From positions 112,840,001-112,904,000 of the forward strand of contig OZ024740.1 of NCBI GenBank assembly GCA_964016885.1: a stretch of DNA of 64,000 nucleotides. The letters are read 5' to 3'. The notes under the pieces are model-generated. The model saw nothing but the letters and a program-made list of their open reading frames with translations. It had not been told where the DNA came from and made no database searches. Position 1 is the first letter of the stretch; the number at the start of each line of letters is the position of its first letter. Of this stretch, positions 43,047 to 55,852 are shown piece after piece. Source of the stretch: Eledone cirrhosa (Eukaryota). Made by a program: the position numbers and the translations under genes.

Positions 43047-43902
43047 GTCGTTAGATATACTTAATATTATGGATACTGACCTTAGTAACGTCTATTTTCC
43101 ATGGGCATATTCGATTATTTTCAAACCATGGTACACCTGTCTTTAAAAAATAACAACAATTTTATTAATTATAGAAAATGTCGCATCTTTTCACAGCCCT
43201 GAGGGAAATCATTGGAACAGTTCTTACCTAAGGACTTTGCACTTTGTATCAAATAATATAACACCAGCTTGACTTCTAGTCCCTGTCTAAATGATGAGAC
43301 AAATATTTCGTAAACGTGTTAATGTATGCCGCCCATCCAAAATGATGGATTTCAATGGCATATAAGTGTATACACAGGTTTACTATACAAATGACAGCAT
43401 TTTCACACATATTTTTACTGGTTTATTGATAGCTTAATGAAAGTTATATAACAGTTACTGGCAGTTAATTGACACCATCGTTAGGGCGTCAAATAAAAGG
43501 CTTCATGTTATTTATTCCGGCTCTCTGTTCTCAGTTCAAATCCTGCGGAGGTCAACTTTACCTTTCCTCATTTCGTGGTCGATAACTGAAATACCAGTTC
43601 AGTATTATGGTTGATTTTTTATTTATCTTTTCTACCCTAACCCTAACCCTGTGATGGACTGGTGTCCTGTCCAGTGGGGAAGTCTTGTATTCTCAGTCAC
43701 TTAACACCAATGAAACTAAGACTCGGGAAGAAATTGGCTTCGTTTGGATCTGGCGTAGAATAAAGACAACATATCAATAACGATATTATGTTTACAAAAA
43801 AATATTATAATATAATTTACAAAACAGACAGATGTACCCGTAATTATCAATATTCGGGATTCGCCTTTTTTTTTTACAATATTTATTATAGTATTATAAT
43901 GA

Positions 43903-44125
43903 AGGCTCGTGGTTCAGTGGTAAAAGAATTGAATTTTGAATTTGCAATCGTGAGGTTGTGAGTTCGATTCCTGGACCGGGCGATGTGTTATGGCCTTGAG
44001 CAAGACACTTTATTTCACGTTGCTCCTTCTACTTGGAGTTGTAACCGATAGATAGTATTAGCAATTGGAAAGACCAACGGAAACATTGTTTCCTCAGTCC
44101 GATTTGACGAAAGTCGATCGACTGT
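43903..44125 (+). mobile_element. tRNA-derived SINE (V-domain-like core)
   Basis: A-box tggttcagtgg, B-box gagttcgattcc, ttgagcaagacactttatttcacgttgctc. Confidence 0.75.
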
Positions 44126-44386
44126 CAATTATAGTACAACTGATTTCTTCGTGTTCGTTCGTTATTTATCAATATGTTAAGATTATTTCTTTACTTGTCT
44201 TGTTTAACGCAACATAAAACCAAACTCTAACCCAGTCTTATTTGAATTCCCTCAGTTTACCAGCAAGAGCAGTGGGATAAACACCTTATCCCTCTACCCA
44301 ACTTTCTTTTTTTCTACTATCACTCAACCACTCTCTATTTGTCATTTGACAACCCCCTACCGTGACAACAAAGAGATGCACATTGC

Positions 44387-44420
<34 letters not shown>

Positions 44421-44456
44421 AGCACTCACACTCACACGTGTACATACATAGACACA

Positions 44457-44510
<54 letters not shown>

Positions 44511-44698
44511 AATAAATATGTATATATATATTTATATATATGCATATCTATAAAAATAAACGGAAGTAAGCACCTGTTCAGATGTTTCCTATTTCACCGA
44601 TTTGTCCGTTTGTTTATATAGATTGCAAGAGTACCGACTCATGTGCATGTGTAAATATACTCAGTTCGGCAAACACGGACATACGTACACACATTCAT

Positions 44699-44733
<35 letters not shown>

Positions 44734-44832
44734 CATAAACACGTACACACGTACACACAAACACATATACAAATACACACACACGCGCACATATATATAT
44801 ATATATATACATAAACACGTATATATATGTAA

Positions 44833-44865
<33 letters not shown>

Positions 44866-44908
44866 AATAAATATATATATATATATATGCATATATATAT
44901 ATATATAT

Positions 44909-45009
<101 letters not shown>

Positions 45010-45597
45010 CAAATATAGATAGATAGATATAGATATAAGCATACACCCAGCATGGATCTAAAGTGACTGATATCAATAAGTTTATTTGTGAGGTTGTTAT
45101 GAAATTATATCACGGTTAGAGCTATATTGTTTATTATTGTTCACCCAGATTTCAACGTTTAACTAATTATATATACTTACATACACAGACACACCACACT
45201 TTTATACATATGCATTAAACACATACGCATTTGAATATTTGCTTACATAATATATATATTTTAAAACTCCTATATATACATACGTGTGTGTGTGCGTGCG
45301 TATGCGTATGTGTGCGTATGCGTGTTTGAATGTGTGGGTGTGTACAGCTGTATATATGTATGTATATATAGCTCTACATTTCAATATAAACTTTAAACAC
45401 GTGTTGACATACGTCATACCTCTGTATAATATATTTTACTCATAATACTTTTAATCCAAAGACTTAAAAGACTAGTTATACACGAGAGAACTCAATACCT
45501 GACAATATTATTCTTTTGAATCCATGTCATGTAATTTTTCAAATTACATCGTTTTCTTCAGGAACAAATATTAATAACAGTCTCAATCTCTTATATA

Positions 45598-45905
45598 AGG
45601 GGTTGTGAGTTCGATTTTCGGATCGGGCCTTGCGTTATGTTCTTGAACAATACACTTTATTTAATGTTGCTCCAGTTCATTCAGCTGTAGAAATGAGATG
45701 CGGGGTCACTGGGGCCAAACTGTATAGGACATAGCCTTTCCCTTGGACAACATTGGTAGCGTGGAGAGGGGAGACTGGTATACAGGAACGACTGCTGGTC
45801 TTCCACAAAAAACCTTGTCCGGACTTGTGCCTCGCAGGGGAACTTGTTAATTGCAAATCCCATGGTCATTCTTGACCGAAGGGGGGGGGGGGGGGTCTTT
45901 ACCGT
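45598..45905 (+). mobile_element. tRNA-derived SINE (V-domain-like core), 5' truncated
   Basis: gagttcgatt B-box, ttgaacaatacactttatttaatgttgctccagttcattcagctg. Confidence 0.65.
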
Positions 45906-46421
45906 ATCTCTTATATTATACAAGGATGATAGGTAAAGTTGAAATGGGCAGGATTTCCACTCAGAACGCGGAGATAAATTTATATAACTATTATAAGTCA
46001 TTTAAATAAGACTTTTAAGTAAGGAAGCTGGACTTCTGTAATGCATATGGCCGTTAGATTGGAAGACGTTTTGTTTTGTTTTACTGTGTGCGTGTGTGTG
46101 TGTGTGCACGTGTGCACACACATGTGTATGTGTGCGTGTTGACATTCCTAGTACTACCATCGTTGTTTTCAGTGAGATCATCGTGAGAGTCACAAGACTA
46201 ACATTTCGAATTGCTAGTACGAATATTGTTCAGCTAAAGAAACATGAAATAACGTGTCTTGCTGAAGGACACAACGCGTCGCTGTGGATTGAACTGACAT
46301 GTGACAAAAACTGCAAGCCCTAAGCTTCACGCATTCACTGACCTTTTGTATTGTACTGTTTTCTTTCGCATTTACCAATGAATCTACACATATGCGCGCA
46401 CACATATACATATATGTATGC

Positions 46422-46501
<80 letters not shown>

Positions 46502-46629
46502 GTGAGGTTTTTTTTACAAAATGAAAAATAACCGAGGTGTCCTACACGAGTGAAAGTATAAAGAAAAAAGATGAAATCGAAAATGCAACTGGAGTTTTTT
46601 TTTTTTTTTAATATATATATATTTGGTTC

Positions 46630-46665
46630 CTTTACCGGTTTCGCAGTTCTTCTGCTTTTCAAAAG
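46630..46665 (-). ncRNA. Minimal type I hammerhead ribozyme, U3:A8 variant
   Basis: Exact reverse complement of 47235-47270. Confidence 0.6.
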
Positions 46666-47234
46666 TAGAGTTGAGATGGAGAGTCTGTGGTTTATCTCTA
46701 CTTTCTTTATTTAAATAGAAAGTCTGAATTCTGACACCCCAGCGCACCAGCCATATTCACTGAACCTGAACAATTCTCCCCATCCCATTTCTCTTGACCA
46801 TTATCTTTTGTTTGGCACAAAATTCTCTAAATGGATATAAAAAAATTCCAAAATACGGGCGCGAAATTGAATGTACTTGTTCACGTGACAGTCATAATTT
46901 CATTTATAACCAATCAAATTACATCTATAAAAAAAAAAGCCTTCGTGAGCCACATTTTTTTAAAGTAAAAAGAAATTCAAACACAAACTGGCGCGAAAGC
47001 TGGTGTTTATTCACGTGACTGCATCAACCACCCAAACTTCACTCATATATGGAAAAACAACCCGAGCCCCCCCCCCCTTTGTTTGAAGAACTTTGTAACG
47101 CAAACTGGCGCGAAATTTATTATACTTATTCACCAACCAATCAAATTACTTTTCTAAAAACCTGGCATAAAACAAGTAACATTCAAAGACCAACCAGATG
47201 TGAGAAAAACCACAGACCCTCCATCTCAACTCTA

Positions 47235-47270
47235 CTTTTGAAAAGCAGAAGAACTGCGAAACCGGTAAAG
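47235..47270 (+). ncRNA. Minimal type I hammerhead ribozyme, U3:A8 variant
   Basis: CUU-UUGAAAA-GCAG(aagaa)CUGC-GAAA-CCGG-UA^AAG; palindromic stem III ACCGGU; predicted cleavage after 47267. Confidence 0.6.
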
Positions 47271-47336
47271 GAACCTAATAAATATATATATTTAAAAAAA
47301 AGAGACTCCAGTTGCATTTTCGATTTCATCTTTTAA

Positions 47337-47388
<52 letters not shown>

Positions 47389-47715
47389 CAAAAACTCTGT
47401 GATTATGTGCTTGTCTGTAATTTAATACAATCAAAATGGCGCATAATAAGAAGTTACTTTTAAAGGAAGTTGCTCCTGAAATGAGAATACAAATGGAATA
47501 AAACAAGTTCTGCGTAAATCGAGGCATGGGTTCCCGAGATACGTGGTTTTCCCGAGTACTTTCATCAATAGAGAGAGAGAGAGAGAGAAATATATAGAGA
47601 AAGAGATAGTGGTTGTGAGAGAGTAGATTAAAAGAGAGACATAGAGAGAGAGAGTAGGAGACAGAGAAGGAAAATGGAAGGGAGAGAGAGAGAGTGAGAA
47701 AGAGAGAGAGGGAAG

Positions 47716-47806
<91 letters not shown>

Positions 47807-47981
47807 GGTGGTGTTGTTGAATGAAATTAACAGGTGACTTCAAAGAGTCGAAAACAGCATTACTGTATCTGGTTCGAAATTGGTGACTGAATTTTAAGTC
47901 ATATGTATCATATAACTTGTCTTGGGACATGACGTGTACCTTCATAAATAGAGAGAGAAAGATATAGTGGTCTGTCTGTCC

Positions 47982-48056
<75 letters not shown>

Positions 48057-48273
48057 AGACGTGTGTCACTTCGCGGAGAAGTTTCCGTTAATTTATGTAA
48101 GAAAAAAACGTGAGTTTTTAGTTAAATTTTATATCATTGTGTAACTTGACCACCCGTCTGGACCTTCAGCTGGTGGGTCAACTCATTTTCGCCCCTTCAG
48201 GGGCGGAATATCCATTTAAAAAATTTTTCTCCATCGAATCTTGGAAAAAATATTGTAAAATTTTGATTACGTT

Positions 48274-50178
48274 ATGAACGCTGCGTCCAACGATAATGGT
48301 GGTGGAGAGGCGGTAAGACTACAAAGCTCGCAGTCAACAACGTCTTCTTCACTAGATACTATAGAGATGGAAAGACAAAACGAATTCATATCCAAACAAC
48401 ACAAATGACACCAAACAGCTCAATGACAACACAAATAACAGCAAAACCGATAATGATGATAAAAGCAACAATGATAACAACAACAAAGAAAAAAATAAAG
48501 ACAACGCCAATAACACCAGCATCAAAGACAACAACAACACCAAGGAAAATACGGATGATACCAACATCGGTGACTAACAAGAATAACAACAACAATAACA
48601 ACAATAATGACAACACCACCAATACGGATTCCACAAAGAAACCAAAAATCTCCTTTGCAGAGAAAGTTCAAAAGAAAGAAGAATTGATATATCTCGACAT
48701 AACAAATGCTGAACACCCTTTAAAGGACGCTAAGAGATATGTCACCTTCGAAAAAAATGGTGCTTTCAGCATCAATTCTCCGGTAGAAATTCGCAAGGAA
48801 ACTGCTCTCAAAACGATAGTTTTTAGGACAGTTTCCAATTCTACCCGAAAACCAGTCCAATTGTCACAGAAAGATATTGAACTGGTTTTCAAAGATTCAA
48901 TGAATGATATTGCATTCATTCAAAGAAGCAAACTTTTTGGGAGTATTTCGGTACTCATGAAGGATCAATTGACGGCCCAAAATTACTCTGTGTCGCCAAT
49001 TGTATCCAACCTGTACACCTTTTTCCCTACATACATGGGAAAAAGGACACAAAAGATCAGAATCACGTGTGTCACACCATAGGTGAACATATGGTGGATA
49101 CTGTGCGGCTTCATCAATTTTGATGAAGACAGAATACTGTCAGTAGGAAAGTCCCCCAGAGATGTATTCAATGGGACTAGCATTGAAGTTCTGGTGCAAA
49201 TGAGCCCAGAGCGAATAGCTATGATCCCACAGCGTGTACTCCTGGACGGTCTCACCTACATAAACCTTTCGGTTGAGGGTAGGCGGCCTTCATGTTACCA
49301 TTGCTTTAGCAGGGGTCACCTGAGGGCTTCCTGTCCTAAACTAATGAACCAAAAAAAGGCTCTTCTGCCGACACCCATCAAAACAACACAACCACCAACA
49401 CCACCACAACAATAACAACACCAACACACAAAAATAACCACAACAAACACAGTCCCACCCAACCCCACTCCACCTAAAACCACTGCAAAATCACATACAG
49501 ACACAACAGCACCCCAAGACATACCCCTCCCCAATCCCACAGACGATACAACAGATGAGGCTATCTCGCCATCACCCAGTGAAGACGAGGGAGAACCCCA
49601 TCGCTCGAAAAGAAAGAAAAGACATCACAAAAGCAAAAAACCAGCAAACACTACCACAAACATACAACCACCAACACAAAAAACAAAAATATCACAAACA
49701 AAACCCCCACCTCCTGAAAACAAAATACCTACAACAAAACGAAAGCACACACAAGAACTACAGACAAAAACAAACACAACACAAGAAAATTACACTTACA
49801 CTTACATAAACACTGAAAACAAAACACTAATGGAGACCATCACGAACGACCCTTCGGTTTTCACCGAAGGGAAAACTTTCGCCCACTCTATAAAAAATAG
49901 CAAAAAACTGAACCTAAAACTGATTAGGGTCCCTATACAAACTTATAGGTCCCTAAAAGAAACATTTGAGAAGGATGTGGGGAATTTCCTGCGTGAAACC
50001 ACTCAACCGCGTCCTTCTCAAATGCCCCCCCACCCCAGACACCCCCATCCCACCAGACCCCACCCCACCAAACATGTGCGTCCCCACCCCGCCGGAAACC
50101 ACCACCCATCCAGACAACCCCTCTAACAACCCCATGGAAATCGTGCGGCCTGGTCCCCAGGAGGCGAAGGGTGAGTGA
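48274..50178 (+). pseudogene. Tx1 ORF1 (gag-like nucleic-acid-binding protein with CCHC knuckle), disrupted
   Basis: CYHCFSRGHLRASC; homologous to ORF1 pieces at 38757-40077 (FFPTYMGKRTQKI, NIWWIL); several stops and frameshifts. Confidence 0.8.
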
Positions 50179-50211
50179 TCTCTTTTCCTCTTTTAACTTT
50201 TCAGCACCAAC

Positions 50212-53200
50212 ATGGCCAATATAAGAGTTGGATGTGTGAACGTACGCGGCCTGGGGATGCCCTGGAAACAGGGCAAACTCTTAAACGACCTCAGGTCGCA
50301 CAGTATGGATGTGGTAGCCATTTGCGAGTCCAGGATCCACGGCGAGCGACAGCTGGCCCCCATCTTCGATGACTTTGAGATCTACGCATCTCTCTGTGAA
50401 CCGGGGGGTGGGGGCGGAGTTGCCGTTTTGCTGCGGAAACACCTGGGCCTCGTAACACAGACGGTACATCTGGACCCGGAGGGTCGACTGTTGATCCTAG
50501 ACGTTGACGGTAGTGAAGGTAGAGCGTTCAGGCTGGTGGCCGCATATGCCCCATCCGGGACACCGCTGCCAGACTTCTTCAAACGTCTAGAGACTTTTCT
50601 GGGAACGTCCCGCTCCTTGATTTTAGTGGGGGACTGGAATGGAATTCTAGATGCACGTTGGGACTATGTGGGAGCATGTCCCGATAAAGGAGGGTGTAAC
50701 AGCCTCAAACAGTTAATCGACCGATTTGACCTGGCCGATAGATATCGACTAGATTTTCCGACTGCGCCACTGTGGACGTGGAGTAATCGTAGCAGAACAT
50801 CTAGATCGTACCTAGATAGGGTTCTAGTTAGAAATAAGGATAGGGACATGTTAAGCTGTCCACAAATGTTCATGGTTGCCTATTCAGATCACAAACTAGT
50901 GACCTGCATGGCCAACCTTGATAGAACCCATAGACAAGGACCCGGCTACTGGAAGCTGAACTTGTCGTTACCGACAAGCAAAGCCTACAGTAGACGGATT
51001 AGCACTTTAGTTAAACAGCACTTGACAGGGGCCATTGTCAACAACAGATGGTGGTACTCTCTCAAGAGGGCAGTTAGATTAGACTCGATAGTTTTTAGTA
51101 AAGAATTAGCGTTAGATAGAAATAGAACCGAGAAGGAACTGGTAGATAAAGTAGAAAAGGCAATTAGAAGTGGCAACGTATCCATCGTGCTAGCAACAAG
51201 AACGGCCTTGGACCAGTTCTTCGACGCAAAGCACGAGGGCTGCGTTGTCAGAAGCAAAATACGTTCTCTGGGAAACGAGGGAGCCAAAGCTGTTAGCTGG
51301 GCCCGAGTGACGGAGGCAAAAAGTGGCAACAAGTCCACGATTCGGTCTTTGAAGGACCAAAACGGACGCGTGATACGTGAGCCGAAGCAGATGTGTGCGG
51401 CTTTTCAGCGGCACTTTGCTCGGCTGTTCGGGGGGGAGCGGCGCGCCGGGAGAGGCTATGGATTTCGGTCCATACCTCGACGGCCTACCGCGACTCTCGG
51501 ACAGCGAGGCAAAGTTCTGCGAAAAGCCGATTTCAACCACTGAGATAGGGGACGCGCTGAGCCAATGCGGCAAACGCAAATCTCCAGGTCTCGACGGTCT
51601 ACCCTACGAATTTTACGTAGCAATGCCGGACTTATTCGCCGGTCTCCTGGAAGCGGTCTACTGCAACTGGCAACAGAACGGGAGAATTCCCAGTTCTGTA
51701 ACCGGGGGCGTGGTCACACTAATCAGGAAGGACGAGAATAAGGGGGATGACATAGGCAACTTCCGACCCATAACTCTGCTAAACACAGAGTTACAGATTT
51801 TGGCCAAGGTTTTGGCAAAGAGGCTGGAGCTTGTCGTCGAAAACCTGGTGGGGGAAGCGCAGACATGCACAATCCCGACCAGGTCCATACACGACAACCT
51901 CCACCTCATGCGATATATCATAGAGAGCGTAGGGTGTTAACCCGGCTTCGGTGGGGCCCTGATCAACTTGGATCAGTCTAAGGCTTTCGATAGGGTTGAC
52001 CATCGTTACCTGGATGCGGTGCTCGAGGCGGCAGGCTTCGGACCCGTGTTCAGGGGCTGGATTGCTGCAATGCACAACAGCAACATCTGCTCAAGGGTCA
52101 AGGTGAACGGCTACCTCTCGGAGCCGTTCCATATTACGCGATCCATTCGACAGGGATGCCCTTCTGTACGTACTGACTCTCGAGCCACTACTGCGGAAGC
52201 TGGAGCTATTGCAGGGCATCCCTCTGGAACCGGGACTGCGGAAAGCGGCGTCGGCCTACGCCGACGACGTGACAGTAATGGTGTCGAGCGCCTCGCAAAT
52301 CGAGGAAGTCGGCACCTTACTAAAGGAATACGAAAGTCTCACAGGAGCGAAGCTGAACCGGGACAAGTCCATCGGTTTGCAACTCGGATCGTGGAGAGGC
52401 AGACCGATGCCTTCCGATGGCGTCGTCGGACGCTGGACGGAAGGACCGGTAAAGCTGCTCGGGGTCTGGTTTGGTCCGGACCTCCAGGTGGAGAAGAACT
52501 GGAACGAAGTGACGGCCAAGGTGTTTGCACTCACCCAGAAGTGGGCCGAGTGCAAACTATCCTTGAAAGGTCGAGCAGAGGTGGCGAACACTTTTATAGC
52601 GTCCGCCATCTACTACCGCTTGACCGTCGTGCCTTGTCCAGCCAAAACGCTCGCCAAAATGGAGCGCGCGCTCTTCCGATTCCTTTGGAAGAGGCGGGCT
52701 CCTTTGGTGAGAAGATCCATCTGCTGCCAACACCCTTCTAACGGAGGACTGGGGATGCCGTGGTTGACGATGCGCAAACACGCGCTCAGGCTGCGGCATC
52801 TCTACGCATTCCTCACAGGACAACCGGTGTGGGCCCCGTCCGTGAGGCGAGCCTTCCCACGACTCGTCTCGCTGACCGAGCTGCAGTCCTGGGTCAAGCA
52901 AAGACTGAGGAAAATGGGCGACTGGCATATCGAATGTGCTCAGACGCTCACAGCCCTCTGGCAGGCGGACCCGGCGATCAGTGGAGACTCTACTTCGTCA
53001 TTCTATAGAGGGTTGGTCCGCAGCAAGTGCGACGACGCGCTCGGTGAAACTCTAGGCGTAGAGGAAGATGAACTGGCCAGTCTGTTCGGTAGGACCTTCC
53101 GCCCGGGACCGATGGACAACTTCCAAAAGTCCCTGGCCTGGCAGTGCTACCGAGGAGCTCTACCAGTTCGAGACAAGCTCTACAGACATGGGCGCCCGGA

Positions 53201-53639
53201 CAGGGACCCTGCAAAAAAGATCTGTCCGAGGTGCGTGCGAGACGAAGAAACCGTCGCGCACGCATTCATACACTGCCCGGGCGTCACTGACCTGTGGGGC
53301 TATGTAGAACGACTATTGTCGCGGGTGGGACCAATCCAGTTGACCACCGAGTCCATCGTCATGATCAAACCGCCACCCTCCTTCAAAAACGAAGGAGTGA
53401 CGGTTTTCCTTCGTGTGATAGCTATGGCGAAAGAGGTTGTATGGTGGACAAGGTTGAAAGGGCTGAGGTCAGACACCTTTCTCTCCGGCCAACAACTGAT
53501 TCTTTTTTTCAAATACCACTTTGGAAGAAGAATCAGGATGGAGAGAGAGGTGCTGTACCCCAGCAAGTTTTATGAAAGGTGGGTGAAAGTGGCGAGAATG
53601 GCCCGAGTGAATGGGCCTTCTCTCTATATCAGCCTGTAG
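50212..53639 (+). pseudogene. Tx1 ORF2 (APE endonuclease, reverse transcriptase, C-terminal zinc knuckle), disrupted
   Basis: NVRGL, GDWN, YLDR, SDH; KAFDRV, RQGCP, YADD (52257); CPRC...H...C; frameshift ~51437, stop 51938, short deletion ~52162. Confidence 0.93.
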
Positions 53640-53881
53640 GTTGAGGAAAAGAAGGAGGAGAGGAAAGGAGTACAAACTCTTCGTACTCCTGGAGATGAGG
53701 GTTGCACATTTTTTTTGGGGGGGGGTATGTGTTACCCATATAAACTGTCTCCCTCTATTGGGGAAAATCGACTAACTTTTTAAATTCCATTTGTGATAAC
53801 ATTCTACACGTTTTTATTGTATGTAAACTTCCCCCTTTGTATTTGTCCCCTTCTTTTGTGCCCCTGTGGCTAATAAAGAAG

Positions 53882-53938
<57 letters not shown>

Positions 53939-54237
53939 ATATCTATCTATATATTCATCTATCTAGCTATATACCGCTCCATCTATCTATTCATTAATCT
54001 ATATGTCTCTCTCCCTCTGAGCGTGTGTGTGTTTCTGTGTGTATATGTGTGCGCATGTTTACATACATAGATACATCCATATGTATTACTAGTTTCACAT
54101 TGTTAATATATTCTTTGGAATATCATGATTCGTTCACAAACAGTTGATTTTAAACATCAATACTCTTGCTCTGACATTATGATTTACATTTATCTAAAAT
54201 ACACATACACACATATTTATGTATATGTATGTATATG

Positions 54238-54269
<32 letters not shown>

Positions 54270-54305
54270 TAGATATATGTGTGTATTTGTATAAACACAC
54301 ATACA

Positions 54306-54503
<198 letters not shown>

Positions 54504-55624
54504 GGGAATTTAGACGCATGCCTCCCTGCAGTGTCTCTAGAGTTACTAAATAAACTAATGTCTTCGACTAAAAGTGAAGAAACTTGCTGCAGTTCTCATT
54601 GGAATGGTAAAATGGTAAATGTAGAAGATTGGAAGGAATGTTGTTTATTTAGTTTATATATAGCTGTGTACAGCTGTAATCTGGACGCAGCATGGGCGAA
54701 TGGTAATGAAGATTCTTTCACAGTAACAAGGCTCCGAGTTCGATTCCATTGCTTAGATTCTTGTGCAACTCTTCTTTAACCCTTTAGCATTTACATTACT
54801 CTATATATACTATTGTATTTGCACAATAAAGGCTTTACCTCACATAATTATTTCACATAATATCGAATCTATGAGATTTAGATATTATTTATATACATTC
54901 ATATCAGTATGAGCTGCCAGTTGCAGTAAGTTTAAACAGAAAGAGGTGAGAGAATTCTGGCCGTATATGGCTAAAGGGTTAAAATGTATTTGTTGTTGAC
55001 TTAGAGTTGTTGATGTTGTTGTTGTTGTTGCTGCTGCTTCTGTTATTGTTGTTGATATTGTAGTGATTAAATAGTGGTCAGACGAGATGGCCACGGCTAG
55101 AATGCCTTTGATTATAGACCTTCTCGATTAGAGATGTCTACACAAAACCATTATAGAAGAGATATTTTATTTTCTAAATGTATGATGTGTATGATGTGAA
55201 TTAAATGAAGTTTAGCTTCATTTTCTAGCAAATTGAGCGACCACATAGCGCCCCTGACATAGGCTCCGTTGATGATGTGTGAGTTGCTCTTGTAGATTTA
55301 AATTATATATTGCTGCAGTTACTGTTATTCCAAACGTTGTTGTTATTATGTTTATTAGTATTCGTGTGACCAGAACTTGTTTATTTCTGATATTTAAAAT
55401 ATTTAATATTTTTTCTCCTGACAATCCATTTCTTTCGTGTCACATTTTAATCATTTTCTGGTAGAATTTCAACAATTTCTGAGGTGACGGGATAGGAAGA
55501 TGAAATGGCCACTAAGGGGCAACGGCAGTGGGGAATTTGAGTAGGTATTTATTTATATATATACATATGTATATATACACACACACAAACGACCATGCAC
55601 ATACACATATAGAGAAACACACAC

Positions 55625-55671
<47 letters not shown>

Positions 55672-55791
55672 TCTTTGCTTAAACTTTAATCTGTTATTTT
55701 AATAAATATTTGCTCTACGGTTCTTATATATTTGATATATATTTTCCTTATCGAGCCCTCTTTGGATTTTAGTCTTCAATTTTATTATTAT

Positions 55792-55848
<57 letters not shown>

Positions 55849-55852
<4 letters not shown>

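Larger units (their letters stand above)
46495..47337. mobile_element. PLE-like fold-back: ~128-bp inverted arms (46566-46693, 47207-47334) each with a hammerhead, tail 46495-46565
   Basis: Direct reverse-complement match; (TA)n on both sides. Confidence 0.8.
48056..53881 (+). mobile_element. Near full-length Tx1/L1-clade LINE inserted in (TATC)n
   Basis: 5' UTR, ORF1, ORF2, 3' end gtggctaataaagaag; (TATC)n at 47982-48055 and 53882-53950. Confidence 0.95.

Noticed and set aside
43634-43650. ccctaaccctaaccct telomere-like repeat
   Set aside because: Only two or three units, contiguous with a V-SINE-like fragment.
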